Positions 13,966-25,219 are shown, numbered from the stretch's first letter. The stretch: 64,000 nt of DNA from Eledone cirrhosa (GCA_964016885.1 OZ024740.1:108934001-108998000), one strand, 5' to 3'. A program made the numbers and translations. The notes: a model not told the origin generated them from the sequence alone.

Positions 13966-13989
13966 CTGAAATCACTATAGAAGTTGGAG
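13966..13989 (-). CDS. Nrg: Candidate 24-nt juxtamembrane microexon (APTSIVIS), phase 1-1
   Basis: aaatgcttatttcag|CTCCAACTTCTATAGTGATTTCAG|gtaaat. Open and in phase between the FnIII-5 and TM exons. Confidence 0.55.
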
Positions 13990-14287
13990 CTGAAATAAGC
14001 ATTTGTATAGAGGTTTTGCATGAAAACAATGACAAAAAGCAAAATAGCAAATAATGGAAAACATTCAGACATTCAAATAAAAATGTACACAATCTAAGGG
14101 TGGTGCCCCAGCATGGCCTCAGTTGGATGGTTAGAACAGGTAAAAGAGTAAAAGAGTAATACAAGAATAATAGAAGCAAGAAGACAAGGAAAATATTTGA
14201 AAGATTCATTGTTAAATAGTGTAATAAAGTGCTAAATAGATAGATAATGGACTACGGTAATGATGATGGTGGTAATAATAGTAATAC

Positions 14288-14317
<30 letters not shown>

Positions 14318-14319
<2 letters not shown>

Positions 14320-15165
14320 GTTTCTGATTTAGGCACAAGACATGCAATTTTGGAAAGAGGAATGTTGACTGGTACCTTATGTTATCAACCCCAAAAGGAT
14401 GAAAGGCACCTTATTTTATCAAGCCTGAGAGAATGAAAGGTAAAGTCGACTTTAGCAGGATTTGAAGTCACAATGTAGAAAGTTGTAACTAAATACAGCA
14501 AAGCATTTTGTCTGAAGCTCTACTGATACTGCCAATTCACTGCCCTTTTTAAATTTAACAGGGGAACAGCAAGTCTGGTACAAAAATAATAATGGCTTCT
14601 AATTTTGGCACAAGGCCAACAATTTAAGAGGGGTCTTAGTCAAATACACCAATCCAGGCATTTGGTGCTTTATTTTATTGAACCCAAAAAGATGAAAGGC
14701 AAGTTTGACCGTGGCAGAATTTGAACTCAGAACTACTGATTTCTTTATTGGTCACTCTTATATATCTATATGGTGAAAAATTGCATGTCTAGCTAAATAC
14801 TAATTGTTTCTACTTTTGGCACAAGGCCAGCAATTACCCCAGTACATTACTGGTGCTTTATTTTATCGATCCTGTAAGGATGAAAGGCAAAGTTAACCCC
14901 ACTGGGATTTGAACTCAAAGCATAAAGGGCCATAACTCTATGCAGCAAAGCATGGTGTCTGACACTTCACTGATACTGCCAATCCACCATCTGGCTAAAT
15001 AATAATTGTTTCTACTTTTAGCACAAGGCCAGCAATTACTCAGTGCATTACCGGTACTTTATTTTATCGACCCCGTAAGGATGAAAGGCAAAGTTAACCT
15101 CGGCGGAATTTGAACTCAGAATGGAAAGGGTCGTAACTCTACCGATACTGCCAATCTATCGCCCC
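14318..15165 (-). mobile_element. Cluster of about 4 tandem tRNA-derived SINEs (MetaSINE-like core)
   Basis: Repeated ggcacaaggccagcaatt...tttatcgaccccgtaaggatgaaaggcaaagtt...ggatttgaactc. Minus strand carries the B-box GAGTTCAAATCC and GCCTTTCATCCTT.CGGGGTCGATAAAAT. Other copies near 8780, 18661, 27610(+), 35445(+), 38434 and 56845. Confidence 0.7.
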
Positions 15166-15828
15166 TAAATAATAATGTGATGTGGCTAGAGTATTTTCAA
15201 GCCATTCTTACTGAGAATGCAATGCAAATATAGCAAAGCTTCTATCTCTAATAAACTCATTCAGGTACATATGGCTATCTCATTGCTGAATAGATTCAAT
15301 TTCAATTTGACTCATCAAGCAAAGTGCTAATTAATTAGGAATTGATAAAAGAAGGGGAGGAGGAAGGAAGGAAAAATAATAACGATGAGAAGAAGGGAGA
15401 GGAAGAGAAGGAGAATAATAATAATAAGAAGAGGAGGAAATGTTTTAAAACGTAGAGAGGCAGGGTAGCATCTAAAGCATCATTTTGTTCATCATCATCA
15501 TCATTAGCAGGCCTTCTAAAAGAAAGCCTGCTAATGGTAATGATGATAATGATGAATGATAATAATAATAATAATAATAATAATGATGATAATAATAATA
15601 ATGATGATGACGATGACGATGATGATGATGACGATGATGATGATGATAGCTAGCTAGCTAGAATCTTGGCAGTAGCCATTCATAAGCTATAATATAGACT
15701 GGAAAAAGGTTTCTGTTATAAAATAAAATAGAAACAACAAACAAAACAAAACATAATAAAAATATCACACTCACACATGGAACTGAAGGATATTTATAAC
15801 AAGACATTGGTGTAAAATAGATGTTTAA

Positions 15829-16261
15829 CCCTTTTGTTACCATATTTCTAATGAAAAACAATGCCTATAATATTCAAACAATTTTGAAAATAATCTAGAA
15901 TTTTAAAGGTTTTAGTAATATAAGCTGGTGTTTTGGAGCATAATTCAAGGGTTTTAAGATGAATTTATAATGGAAGGTTTTTAATCAGCTTTGTATAGTA
16001 GAACCAAGGGTTGTTTCAGGCAGTTGGTATCAAAAGGGTTAATTCTTTTGTTACCATATTTTTAAGGAAATATATTGCCTATAATTTTCAAATAATTTTG
16101 AAAATAATCTAAGGATTTAGTAATATTACTAACATGGTGCATGGAACATAATTTAACAAAGGTTCTTGCGAGGTGAGGTTTTTAGATGATAAATACTTTG
16201 AATTAAAATGTTTTGTATCATAAAACCAAGAGAGGTTTCAGGCAGTCTGATACCAAAAGGG
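15829..16261. mobile_element. Two tandem piggyBac-type MITEs sharing a TTAA (TIR CCCTTTTG.TACCA)
   Basis: ttaa-cccttttgttacc...ggtatcaaaaggg-ttaa-ttcttttgttacc...taccaaaaggg. Reverse copy at 38099-38338 and many degenerate copies elsewhere. Confidence 0.7.
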
Positions 16262-16479
16262 TTAGTCACCAAAAAATAAAGGTGATACAAAGAGATTCAA
16301 TATAAGATATAAAAACCACACTCACAACAACAAAAGCAACAAAAACAACAACAAATATTTTAAGGCCATTATCCTTGTTAGGGTTAGCCTTGTGGTACCT
16401 ATGACAAGCTTCAATATCCCCCCCCCCCCTCCAGCTTTCATTTCCTCCACCAACATCTTTAGCCATGTCTTGATCTTCC

Positions 16480-17040
16480 ACAATCATTTTCATTATCCCC
16501 CTCACCCAGTTACTTTCATCCTTCCTCAATACATGACTTAACTATCTAATTCCATTTCTATTCACAACATCCATCACTAGTTCTATTTTCATCACTCCTC
16601 TCACCTAGTCATTTTCATGTTTCTTTAGTATATGACTCAAGCATCCCTTTCTATTTCTCTTTACAACATTCATCACTAATTCTATCCCCATTATGCTTCT
16701 CACCTAGATACTTTCATATTTCCTCAACACATGACCCAGCCATCTCATTCTATTTCTCTTTATATCACAGTCTCTATCCCCATCACTCCTCTCACCCAAT
16801 TACATTCTTCCTCACCACATAACCCAGCCATGTCATTCCATTTCTCTTCACATCACTGGCTCTCTTCCTATCACTCCTCACAGTTACATCCTTCCTCAAC
16901 TCATGAATCTAACCATCTCATTCCATTTCTCTTCACATCACTGGCTATATCCCTATCATTTCTCACACCCAGTTACATCCTTCCTCAATACATGACCCAG
17001 CCATCTCATTCCATTTCTCTTCACATCATTGGCTTTCTTC
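16480..17040. repeat. Degenerate minisatellite (about 65-75 bp units)
   Basis: Recurrent catcact..ctcacccagttac.tccttcctcaa..catgacccagccatctcattc. Confidence 0.65.
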
Positions 17041-17186
17041 CCAATATCAAAATACAACAACAATAATATAACAACCCAACCAGTTGCTCTACCGAAATCC
17101 AAATACAACAACAATAACAAAACAACTCAACTAGTTGTTCTACCATTTATAATAATCAGTTTTAATAATATTAAAGTAATAATCAC

Positions 17187-17345
17187 CTGGATTAGGCAGG
17201 GTAATTTTTTTCCAGCTACTTGCTGCTTGGTATTCACCACTTTTAGCAACAACTCTGAATTCATACCATATTCCAGCAGACAAATTAGATACATTCTGCC
17301 AGCGATTCAACATCTGACCAGGGGTGCGTTTCATATTGCTTTCAC
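17187..17345 (-). CDS. Nrg: Neuroglian exon, FnIII-5 C-half
   Basis: GESNMKRTPGQMLNRWQNVSNLSAGIWYEFRVVAKSGEYQAASSWKKITLPNP. aag acceptor, gtgatt donor, phase 1-1. Confidence 0.8.
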
Positions 17346-17880
17346 CTTTCATAAACAATAAATAAATAAAATAATATAAAATTAAGTAAAAGAGATTTGA
17401 AAGTTATTAAAATTAGAATTTGACATCTTTTATTATTTTATTTTTGGAAAGTAAAATTCAATGAGCATGCACGTGTGTGCATGTGTGTGTTTATGTCTAT
17501 GCAAGTGGCTGAGCATTCCACAGCCACATATACCTTTAACATTGTTCTGAGTGTGACACAATGTGTAACAAAGTTGGCAACATATGGTTTTTATATGTTG
17601 GACGATTTTTTAATTTACATAGGAACCCCTTAAAATAGATGGCTATGTTCTATAAGACCAAAGGCAGTTTGGTTGTGAAAGGGTTAAATTATAGCTATAA
17701 TTCATTTTTTCTAGCTGAGTGGATTGGAGCAATGAAAATAAAGTGTCTTGCTCAAGGACACAACACACCACCAGAAATTGAATTCATGATCTTACGATAA
17801 AAAAAAAATAACTCAAAATAGGTAACAGAATCCATTTTAAACAAATTAATTAAGTGGTATAACAAAATATGAAAACTTAC

Positions 17881-18009
17881 CAAATTTTCTATATTCTACA
17901 ACATGCACCAAACCTACATGTTGGTTAGTCTTGTTGTAATCAATTTCCCAAGATACATTTAATGAATTATTTCCCATTGGTGTCATGTTCCAGTCAGGGA
18001 CAATTGGCA
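17881..18009 (-). CDS. Nrg: Neuroglian exon, FnIII-5 N-half
   Basis: PIVPDWNMTPMGNNSLNVSWEIDYNKTNQHVGLVHVVEYRKF. tag/gtaagt boundaries. Confidence 0.85.
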
Positions 18010-19303
18010 CTAGAAAACAAATAATAATAATGATAATGATTTCATTTATTAGCCACAAGGGCCGACATGTAGGGGACAATACAAAGACAGGGTAGCTGAC
18101 AGTTAACTTTGTAACAACCACTAAGTATTCAAGATCAATATTATATTTATAAGTTTAATATATATGTATACATACATATACACACACACACACATATATA
18201 TCATCAACATCATCATCGTTTAACGTCCATATTCCACGCTTGCATGGGTTTGTATATATATATAAATTGACAAATGTCTGAAACTCCCAAAATGGAATGT
18301 TCTAAGCATTTATAATTTGACAATAAACAATATTTTTCGTACAGCATAGGGTTAAAAAAGAAAATTTCAACACCCCCACCTCTACTGCCACTGATTTCTT
18401 TCTCTCTTACACACAGTCTTGCCATCACTCTTTCATAGTGTAACTGAAATTTTAAAAAGTAATTCGTTTTTTAATTCTCTCTCTCTCCTACATACATATC
18501 TGCTTCCATAATAACATGAGATTAAGTATTTCACCATTTGCTGCCGCCATCACTACCCCCATTTTCATGCTCTCACATACACACTATTATCATTCCCTTT
18601 CCATGATGTGACCAATTTTTTACACCATACATAACCTATTATTAGTACTTTAATATAATATAATGGTTTCAAATTTATGCACAAAGCCAGCAATTTGGGG
18701 GAGGAGTAAGTGAATTAAATTGACTTTAGTACTTGACTGGTACTTTATTTTATCGATCCTGGAAGAAAGAAAGGCAAAGTTGACCTTGGCAGGATTTTAA
18801 TTCAGAACATAAAGAGCCAGAACAAATGCAGCAAAGCATTTGTCTGATGCTCCAATGATTCTACCAATCCAGAAAACCAATAATAAAAATAAAGACAGAA
18901 AAAACTAATGAAACTGACATAATGCATTTTCATTGATTTTGATTCATAAACATATGAACTTTACTGCCTTGGAGGACACATAGACTTAATGTTATAGTCT
19001 TCACCACCATTTGTCTTTCTCTGTAATATATTAGCATTTGATTTCTAACCTTGTTTTCTTTAAGAACCCCCCTGACCTCTCTGTGTTGACAACACACAAA
19101 AACAAGATGGTGTAGGACAGAACAAAGGAGAGACACAAAATAAAAACCTAGTCACTGAGGAGGTCACAGAATGTGTGACAAAAGAGCTTTGACAATATAT
19201 AAACAACTATCTGGTTATCGAACCAACCAGCCAACCGGAAATTGAAATGAAAACCAACAGGTGCATGTGTTTTTATTGGCAGTGCATGACCCTCCCAAAG
19301 TAT

Positions 19304-19350
<47 letters not shown>

Positions 19351-19531
19351 AACATCCATTTAGTATTGAAGAATATGAGAATGGGTACTCAATACTATAG
19401 GAGAGATTAATAATTTATAAAGATTGATTGCGCTGGAGTTTACTCCCAGCATGCCACCGGTTTCTCAGGAAGTTCAAGGATTAAATCTGTGGAACTGCTA
19501 ACATGATTATGATAACTATATATATATATAT

Positions 19532-19590
<59 letters not shown>

Positions 19591-20073
19591 TATATATATA
19601 TATATACATATACAGTCAGCTTCAGGATGGTGCATGTAATGCATGTAGACAATGGTAAAATACACCAGGCACACTTTGTAAACTGGCTGATGATTGAATG
19701 GACATAGAGTGGTTGGCATTAGGAATAGCATCCAGCCATAGAAACCATGCCAAAACTGTGGAAGAAATGAGTGCAATGTAGTCCTCCAACATGTCTATGA
19801 GTTCTGAAACTTTGAAAAGAATTGACCAGGACCATAACAATATCCCCAAACCATGCCAGCATGGAATGTGGATATAAAATTGTATTGATGATGGTGGTAG
19901 TGATGATGATGATGATGATGATGATAGTGATGATGATGATGATAGTGATAACGATGAGGATAATGAATGTAGAGGAAAGATACTAAATACTGTTCAATAT
20001 TTACTCTTGCACTCCACTATATTTTGGCCATCCCATTGTTAATTATGTAACTCTGTAGCCAGTCTAAACTTAC

Positions 20074-20256
20074 TTCCAGCATCAGTAGTAAACACATCAA
20101 TAGAATATGGTTCTCCTTCTCCAGCATTGGTTATTGCTTTTATATATATTCTGTAGTCTGTGCTGGGTTCCAAACCTCGTAGTAAGTATTCTGTCATTGT
20201 AGGGTCTGTGGTTGGTTCATCTTCATATGTTATTGGTGACAATTTGAAACCATTAA
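20074..20256 (-). CDS. Nrg: Neuroglian exon, FnIII-4 C-half
   Basis: ...EYLLRGLEPSTDYRIYIKAITNAGEGEPYSIDVFT. cag/gtaagt boundaries. Confidence 0.9.
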
Positions 20257-20644
20257 CTGTAGAAAAAAAAAATCCAAAAAAAAAAAAAAAACCAATAGAT
20301 TTCTTACCCAGCTTGTCCAACTTCATTAAATATTATATTGAAAAAATTTGGTTAGAGCTGTAAATTTCATTTGTTTGGATTTTACTATATTTCCAATGAA
20401 ATACACTGCCTATAATGTTAAAATCATTTTGAAAATAATCATGGATTTGGAAAGATTTTAATATAACTAACTTTTTCATTATTTATTTAGCATTTGAAAC
20501 ATTACTTAGCAAAAGTTTTTATCTAAAATTGTGATAGATGGCTTTTAGATTAATATAAACAATTTTATATTATAAAGACAGGAGTAATTTCAGGCAGTTT
20601 GATATAAAAGGCTTAAAAGAAATTCTACATATCAGAAAACTTAC

Positions 20645-20767
20645 TCTTTTGGAATCCAATATTATAGCCTGTTAACACACCATTCCTTTCTTCTGGAGGT
20701 TCCCATTTTAAATGGAAGTGTCCAGATCCTCGAACTAAAGCCATAAAAGAACGGACTTTGCCTGGTA
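20645..20767 (-). CDS. Nrg: Neuroglian exon, FnIII-4 N-half
   Basis: VPGKVRSFMALVRGSGHFHLKWEPPEERNGVLTGYNIGFQK. cag/gtaagt boundaries. Confidence 0.9.
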
Positions 20768-21146
20768 CTGTATAAAAAATAGAGAAAAAGAAACATAACT
20801 GTAATTGTTGCCTCATATATCATCAGTGACAGATTAAGGCAGGACTGATTGGACAATGGTCAGGAACCTCACAATTTTTGAAAGTCATTATAATAATCAT
20901 CATCATTTTTATGTCCATTTTTCCACATTTGCATGGAAAATCTAATTATTAATGTAAAATAAAATTATGATTCTCCAGCTGCTGTATAAATCACTTAAAA
21001 TAAAATTTTGCCAGAGATAGATTAACAAAATTTAATAAGGGTGGTGGTGGCAAAGTAAAAGTGGAAGACGTGGGATTGAGTTGGAAAAAATTTGAAAAAT
21101 TAATTAACAGGGATAGTGGGATTATTCAGGACCTGAGAGTATATTT

Positions 21147-21233
<87 letters not shown>

Positions 21234-21235
<2 letters not shown>

Positions 21236-21419
21236 CATCATCATCATCATCATCATCATTTTACGTCCGCTTTTCCCTGCTTGCAAGGGTGGGACGGGTC
21301 TTATTCAGCACACCATCTCTCCACTCGTCACGGTCCCTCGTCATCTCCACCGTGAGCTTCAATGATCTGAGGTCTGTTCTCACCACCTCCGCCCATGTTT
21401 TTCGTGGTCTACCTCTACC

Positions 21420-21420
<1 letters not shown>
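21234..21420 (-). mobile_element. Short 3' fragment of an RTE LINE
   Basis: Encodes GRGRPRKTWAEVVRTDL...RDRDEWR, followed by a (GAT)n tail. Inverted partner at 21877-22016. Confidence 0.75.
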
Positions 21421-21470
<50 letters not shown>

Positions 21471-21532
21471 TGTATGTATGTATGTGTATATATATATATA
21501 TATATATGATATGCATATATATATATATACAT

Positions 21533-21863
21533 GGAGGCACATGGCTTAGTGGGTAGAGCATTGGCCTTGCAATCGAAAGATTGTGAGTTCAATTCTCAGA
21601 CTGGGTGATGTGTTGTTTCCTTGAGCAAGACACTTTATTTCATATTGCTCCAGTTTACTCAGCTGTAGAAATGATAGGGACTGCGGTCCCTATCATTCCA
21701 CTGCAAAGTGGTCGTGGAGGTGTCACGGCAAAAAAGCACCCAGCACTCACTGTAAATGAGGTTGGTGTTAGGAAGGGCATCCAGCTGTAGAAATCAAGCC
21801 AGAATCAGTTCCCGTCCCACCCTTGCAAGCAGGGAAAAGTGGACGTAAAATGATGATGATGAT
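21533..21863 (+). mobile_element. tRNA-headed SINE with RTE-derived 3' tail
   Basis: Head TGGCTTAGTGGGTAGAGC...GAGTTCAATTC. Body ccttgagcaagacactttatttc. 3' part matches the RTE 3'UTR at about 61990-62135. Confidence 0.75.
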
Positions 21864-22038
21864 ATATATATATATATGGGCGGAGGTGGTGAGAGCAGTG
21901 AAACTCACCAAGGAGATGACGAAGGACCGTGACAAGTGGAGAGATGCTGTGCTGAATAGGACACGTCCAACCCTTGCAAGCAGGGAAAAGCGGACGGAAA
22001 ATCATGATGATGATGATATATAATGTTTAATATAGAAA

Positions 22039-22089
22039 AGCTTCTACAGGACTAGAACTGTTTCATTCATGAGAAATCATCAGGAAGCT
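22039..22089 (-). ncRNA. Type I hammerhead ribozyme with intact catalytic core, intronic and sense to neuroglian
   Basis: AGCTTC-CTGATGA-T TTC TCAT GAA T-GAAA-CAG TTCTAGTC CTG-TA-GAAGCT. GUA cleavage triplet. Stem I covaries with the copy at 101-151. Confidence 0.75.
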
Positions 22090-22144
22090 GCCTTGTATTG
22101 AGTACCTTACTTACTGTGGTTACCTCCGATTGAACCGGGGATAA

Positions 22145-22230
<86 letters not shown>

Positions 22231-22232
22231 TG

Positions 22233-25070
22233 TCATCATCATCATCATCATCATCATCATCGTTTAACGTCCGTGTTCCACGCTTGCATGGGTTTGGACG
22301 GGGGTAGTCCCACTTGAGGCAAGAGTGATTGTCTTGCTCGCATAGGACTGTCTGGCAGGTTTTCTACAGCTGGATGCCCTTCCTAACACCAACCACATTT
22401 ACAGTGTGGGGCTGGGAGGTTTTTACTGTGTTGCCTACATGGCCACATTACAGCGTGGACTGTGTGTTTTTTTGTCGTGACACCTACACGATCTCATTTG
22501 TTTCGGCCTGGATGTTGTGGGACCAACATAACTTTACATTGAAGGGGGCGGTGTGGATGGGGTGGGCGTGGTGGGACGGGGGTGTATTTTGTTAGAGATG
22601 CCTACTGACTGTAGTAGGTTTTACTTTGTATTTAGGTAAGGCGGGTCTTCTCTATTACTGAGTAACGCCAAAGGTCTCGGTCCAGTGACATTGTCTTGGT
22701 GAGGTGTAAGTGTGTGAGGTCGGAGTTTATCAGCTCGTCCCAGGTTTTTCTGGGTCTGCCTATTCCGTGGCTACCGTCTATCTTTATTGCCCTGCACTTT
22801 GTTATACAGCTATCGTCCTTCATGCGCATCACGTGACCATACCAACGTAGCCTTCTCTCTAGTAAACAACATCTGATCCCTCTTATTTCTAATTTTTTCC
22901 TTAGTTCGTTTATGCTTTGTCGTTCACGTATATTACTATTACACATCCAGCGGAGCATGCAAGCTTCGTTTCTCTCCAGTCTGCATATATCCTCTGCACA
23001 CAATGCCCAGGTCTCACTGCCATGCAACATTGCTGTTCGTATGCAGGCATCGTACAACCTGCCTATCATTTTTAGGGAGAACCCTTTAGCGGCTAATAGT
23101 GGTATAAGCTCTCTGAACTTTTTCCACCCAGTTCTGACTCTAGCTACTGTACTTTCAGAGCACCCTCCCCCACTGCTGATTTTGTCACCCAGGTAACGGA
23201 AGCTGTCCACTATTTCTATAGAACCCTCTGCGCAGTTGAAAGAGCTAGTATTTTGTGGGCACTTGCTGCTACTTATTGCCCCAGAACACCGGCCACATGT
23301 AAAATCTATGTTCTTAGTTAGCTTACCTGTGATCCCACTACATCTTTTATGAACCCAAACTTTGCATTTGGGACACAAAATGGAATTTCTACCTACGCCT
23401 TTCCTACACTCTGCGCATGGCCACTTCCCGGAGGGGACCGCCGCCTTATTTTCTTTCTTACAAACTAGAACTTTAGTCTTAGCCAGGTTAATTTTAAGGC
23501 CTTTTGATTCTAGCCTGTGCTTCCATGTTTGGAATTTCTTCTCTAGCTCGGCCATTGATTCAGCTATGAGCGTTAGATCATCTGCGTATAGGAGTTCCCA
23601 TGGGCAGCCGGTCTTGAACTCCACTGTTATAGCCTGGAGGGCAATAATAAATAGTAGGGGGCTAAGAACAGAGCCCTGATGAACACCAACTTTTACACTA
23701 AACTCTTCACTATATTCGTTGTTAATTCTAACCTTGCTGACTGTTTCTTTATACATGGCTTGTATAGCTCTCACAAGCCATTCATCGACACCTAGTTTTC
23801 TAAGAGCCCACCAGATAATGGAACGGGGGACTCTGTCGAAGGCTTTCTCCAAGTCGACGAAAGCTAAGTATAGGGGTTTACTTTTAGCTAGGTACTTCTC
23901 CTGTAGTTGTCGTACAATGAAAAGAGCGTCTGTGGTACTTTTTCCTGACACAAACCCGAACTGCATTTCATCTAGATCAATTCGCTCTCTGATTAGTTGC
24001 GCTATTACTTTTTCCGTGACCTTCATGACCTGGTCGATTAATTTAATGCCTCTATAGTTACTCCTATCTAGGGCATCTCCTTTACCCTTATAACAGTTAA
24101 CGATAATGCTGCTACGCCAGTCCTTCGGAACAACCCCATTCTGTATGACTTGGTTGACTATCCGGGTGACCATGGTGTGTCCCACCGTACCAGATGCCTT
24201 CAGCATCTCGGCAACTATTTCCGAAGGCCCAGCCGCCTTGCCTGTCTTCATATCTTTGATTGCCTTACTTATTTTACTACCCTCGACTAACACTGCTGGT
24301 CCCTCTATTGGGTCGATGTGGGGGAGACTGTCTTTCTCCCATTTATTCTCCTCATTGAGTAGCCTTTCATAGTGACACTTCCAAGCTACCTTCTTATCGG
24401 CGTCGGTGATGGCAAGTATGCCGTCATCGTTAAGTACACACTTCTCCCCGACAATATCACTGTTTTCCTTGACACATTGCCTAGCAATCCTGAACACCTC
24501 ACGTTTTTGGTCCTCACGTTGTAGAACATGCTTGAACTTTCTTTCCTCTGCTTCCCTTCTTGCGAAGTACACTTGTCTCCTAGCTTCCCTCCTGGCCACT
24601 TGATAGTCTTCTCTGCTTCCCCCATCCCGCCATACTTTCCAAGCCTGCTTTTTGGCCTTAATTGACCCCTCCACCTTACTGTTCCACCACCATGTTACTC
24701 TCCTCCTGCCTACAGGCCTGCTCCAGCCACAGACTTCGTCTGTCGCCGTCAGCAGGTTTGCTTTCAGGAATTCCCACTGTTCCTCTACCTTGTACGACTC
24801 TATTTGCTCTTCCTTACTGTCGAAAGCATCAAGTAATATGCTTTGGAATTTATTTTTGGCTGTGGGGTCCTTTAGCTTCCATATTTTTCTCCTGAGGGTA
24901 GTCCTCTTCTGTTGCCTAGTACGTCTCGTCCTGACTATTAGGTCGCTAATTATCAGTCTATGTTGGGAGGTGCATTCTTCATGGGGGAGGGATTTAGTGT
25001 TTACAACAGTCACTTTGTCACGTCTTCTGGTAAGGATATAATCTACCTGGCTGGTATGTTCCCCTGATGT
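22233..25070 (-). mobile_element. Young 5'-truncated RTE-clade LINE
   Basis: Uninterrupted ORF of about 810 codons: endonuclease C-end (SQVDYIL, SQHRL), RT (FVDLEKAFD, GVHQGSVLSP, YADD), Cys-rich finger, GRPRKTW. 3'UTR ends in (GAT)n. Flanked by (TA)n. Confidence 0.95.
22632..25067 (-). CDS. RTE LINE ORF (partial APE endonuclease, reverse transcriptase, PHD-like finger); 5' end missing
   Basis: From ORF track 22632..25253. The first about 62 aa derive from flanking microsatellite and palindrome, not from the element. Confidence 0.9.
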   Translation of the reverse strand, partial: SGEHTSQVDYILTRRRDKVTVVNTKSLPHEECTSQHRLIISDLIVRTRRTRQQKRTTLRRKIWKLKDPTAKNKFQSILLDAFDSKEEQIESYKVEEQWEFLKANLLTATDEVCGWSRPVGRRRVTWWWNSKVEGSIKAKKQAWKVWRDGGSREDYQVARREARRQVYFARREAEERKFKHVLQREDQKREVFRIARQCVKENSDIVGEKCVLNDDGILAITDADKKVAWKCHYERLLNEENKWEKDSLPHIDPIEGPAVLVEGSKISKAIKDMKTGKAAGPSEIVAEMLKASGTVGHTMVTRIVNQVIQNGVVPKDWRSSIIVNCYKGKGDALDRSNYRGIKLIDQVMKVTEKVIAQLIRERIDLDEMQFGFVSGKSTTDALFIVRQLQEKYLAKSKPLYLAFVDLEKAFDRVPRSIIWWALRKLGVDEWLVRAIQAMYKETVSKVRINNEYSEEFSVKVGVHQGSVLSPLLFIIALQAITVEFKTGCPWELLYADDLTLIAESMAELEKKFQTWKHRLESKGLKINLAKTKVLVCKKENKAAVPSGKWPCAECRKGVGRNSILCPKCKVWVHKRCSGITGKLTKNIDFTCGRCSGAISSSKCPQNTSSFNCAEGSIEIVDSFRYLGDKISSGGGCSESTVARVRTGWKKFRELIPLLAAKGFSLKMIGRLYDACIRTAMLHGSETWALCAEDICRLERNEACMLRWMCNSNIRERQSINELRKKLEIRGIRCCLLERRLRWYGHVMRMKDDSCITKCRAIKIDGSHGIGRPRKTWDELINSDLTHLHLTKTMSLDRDLWRYSVIEKTRLT

Positions 25071-25219
25071 ATATATATATATACATATGTATGTGTGTAT
25101 ATATATACATATATATAAATAAATATATATATATGTATATAACGAAGGAAATGTGGTAAGGAACCAGGTGGACCATAACGCACCAAAGTACTCAATACTT
25201 AGCGTAGTAGAGTGGGTAA

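Noticed and set aside
15490-15560. Hairpin TTAGCAGGC.TTCT/AGAA.GCCTGCTAA flanked by (CAT)n/(GAT)n
   Set aside because: Short, largely microsatellite-driven, and no ribozyme core.
19155-19185. CTGAGGA-GTCACA..TGTGAC resembling a hammerhead 5' half
   Set aside because: Not followed by GAAA or stem III; part of a MITE-like repeat.
21061-21592. ORFs rich in YI/CV/H repeats (also 51878-52186, 62136-62707, 63421-63753)
   Set aside because: These are translations of microsatellites.
21533-21605. tRNA-like sequence
   Set aside because: This is a SINE head with no complete cloverleaf, and it continues into the SINE body.
22912-25041. Plus-strand ORFs of 65-129 aa
   Set aside because: Antisense shadows of the RTE ORF.
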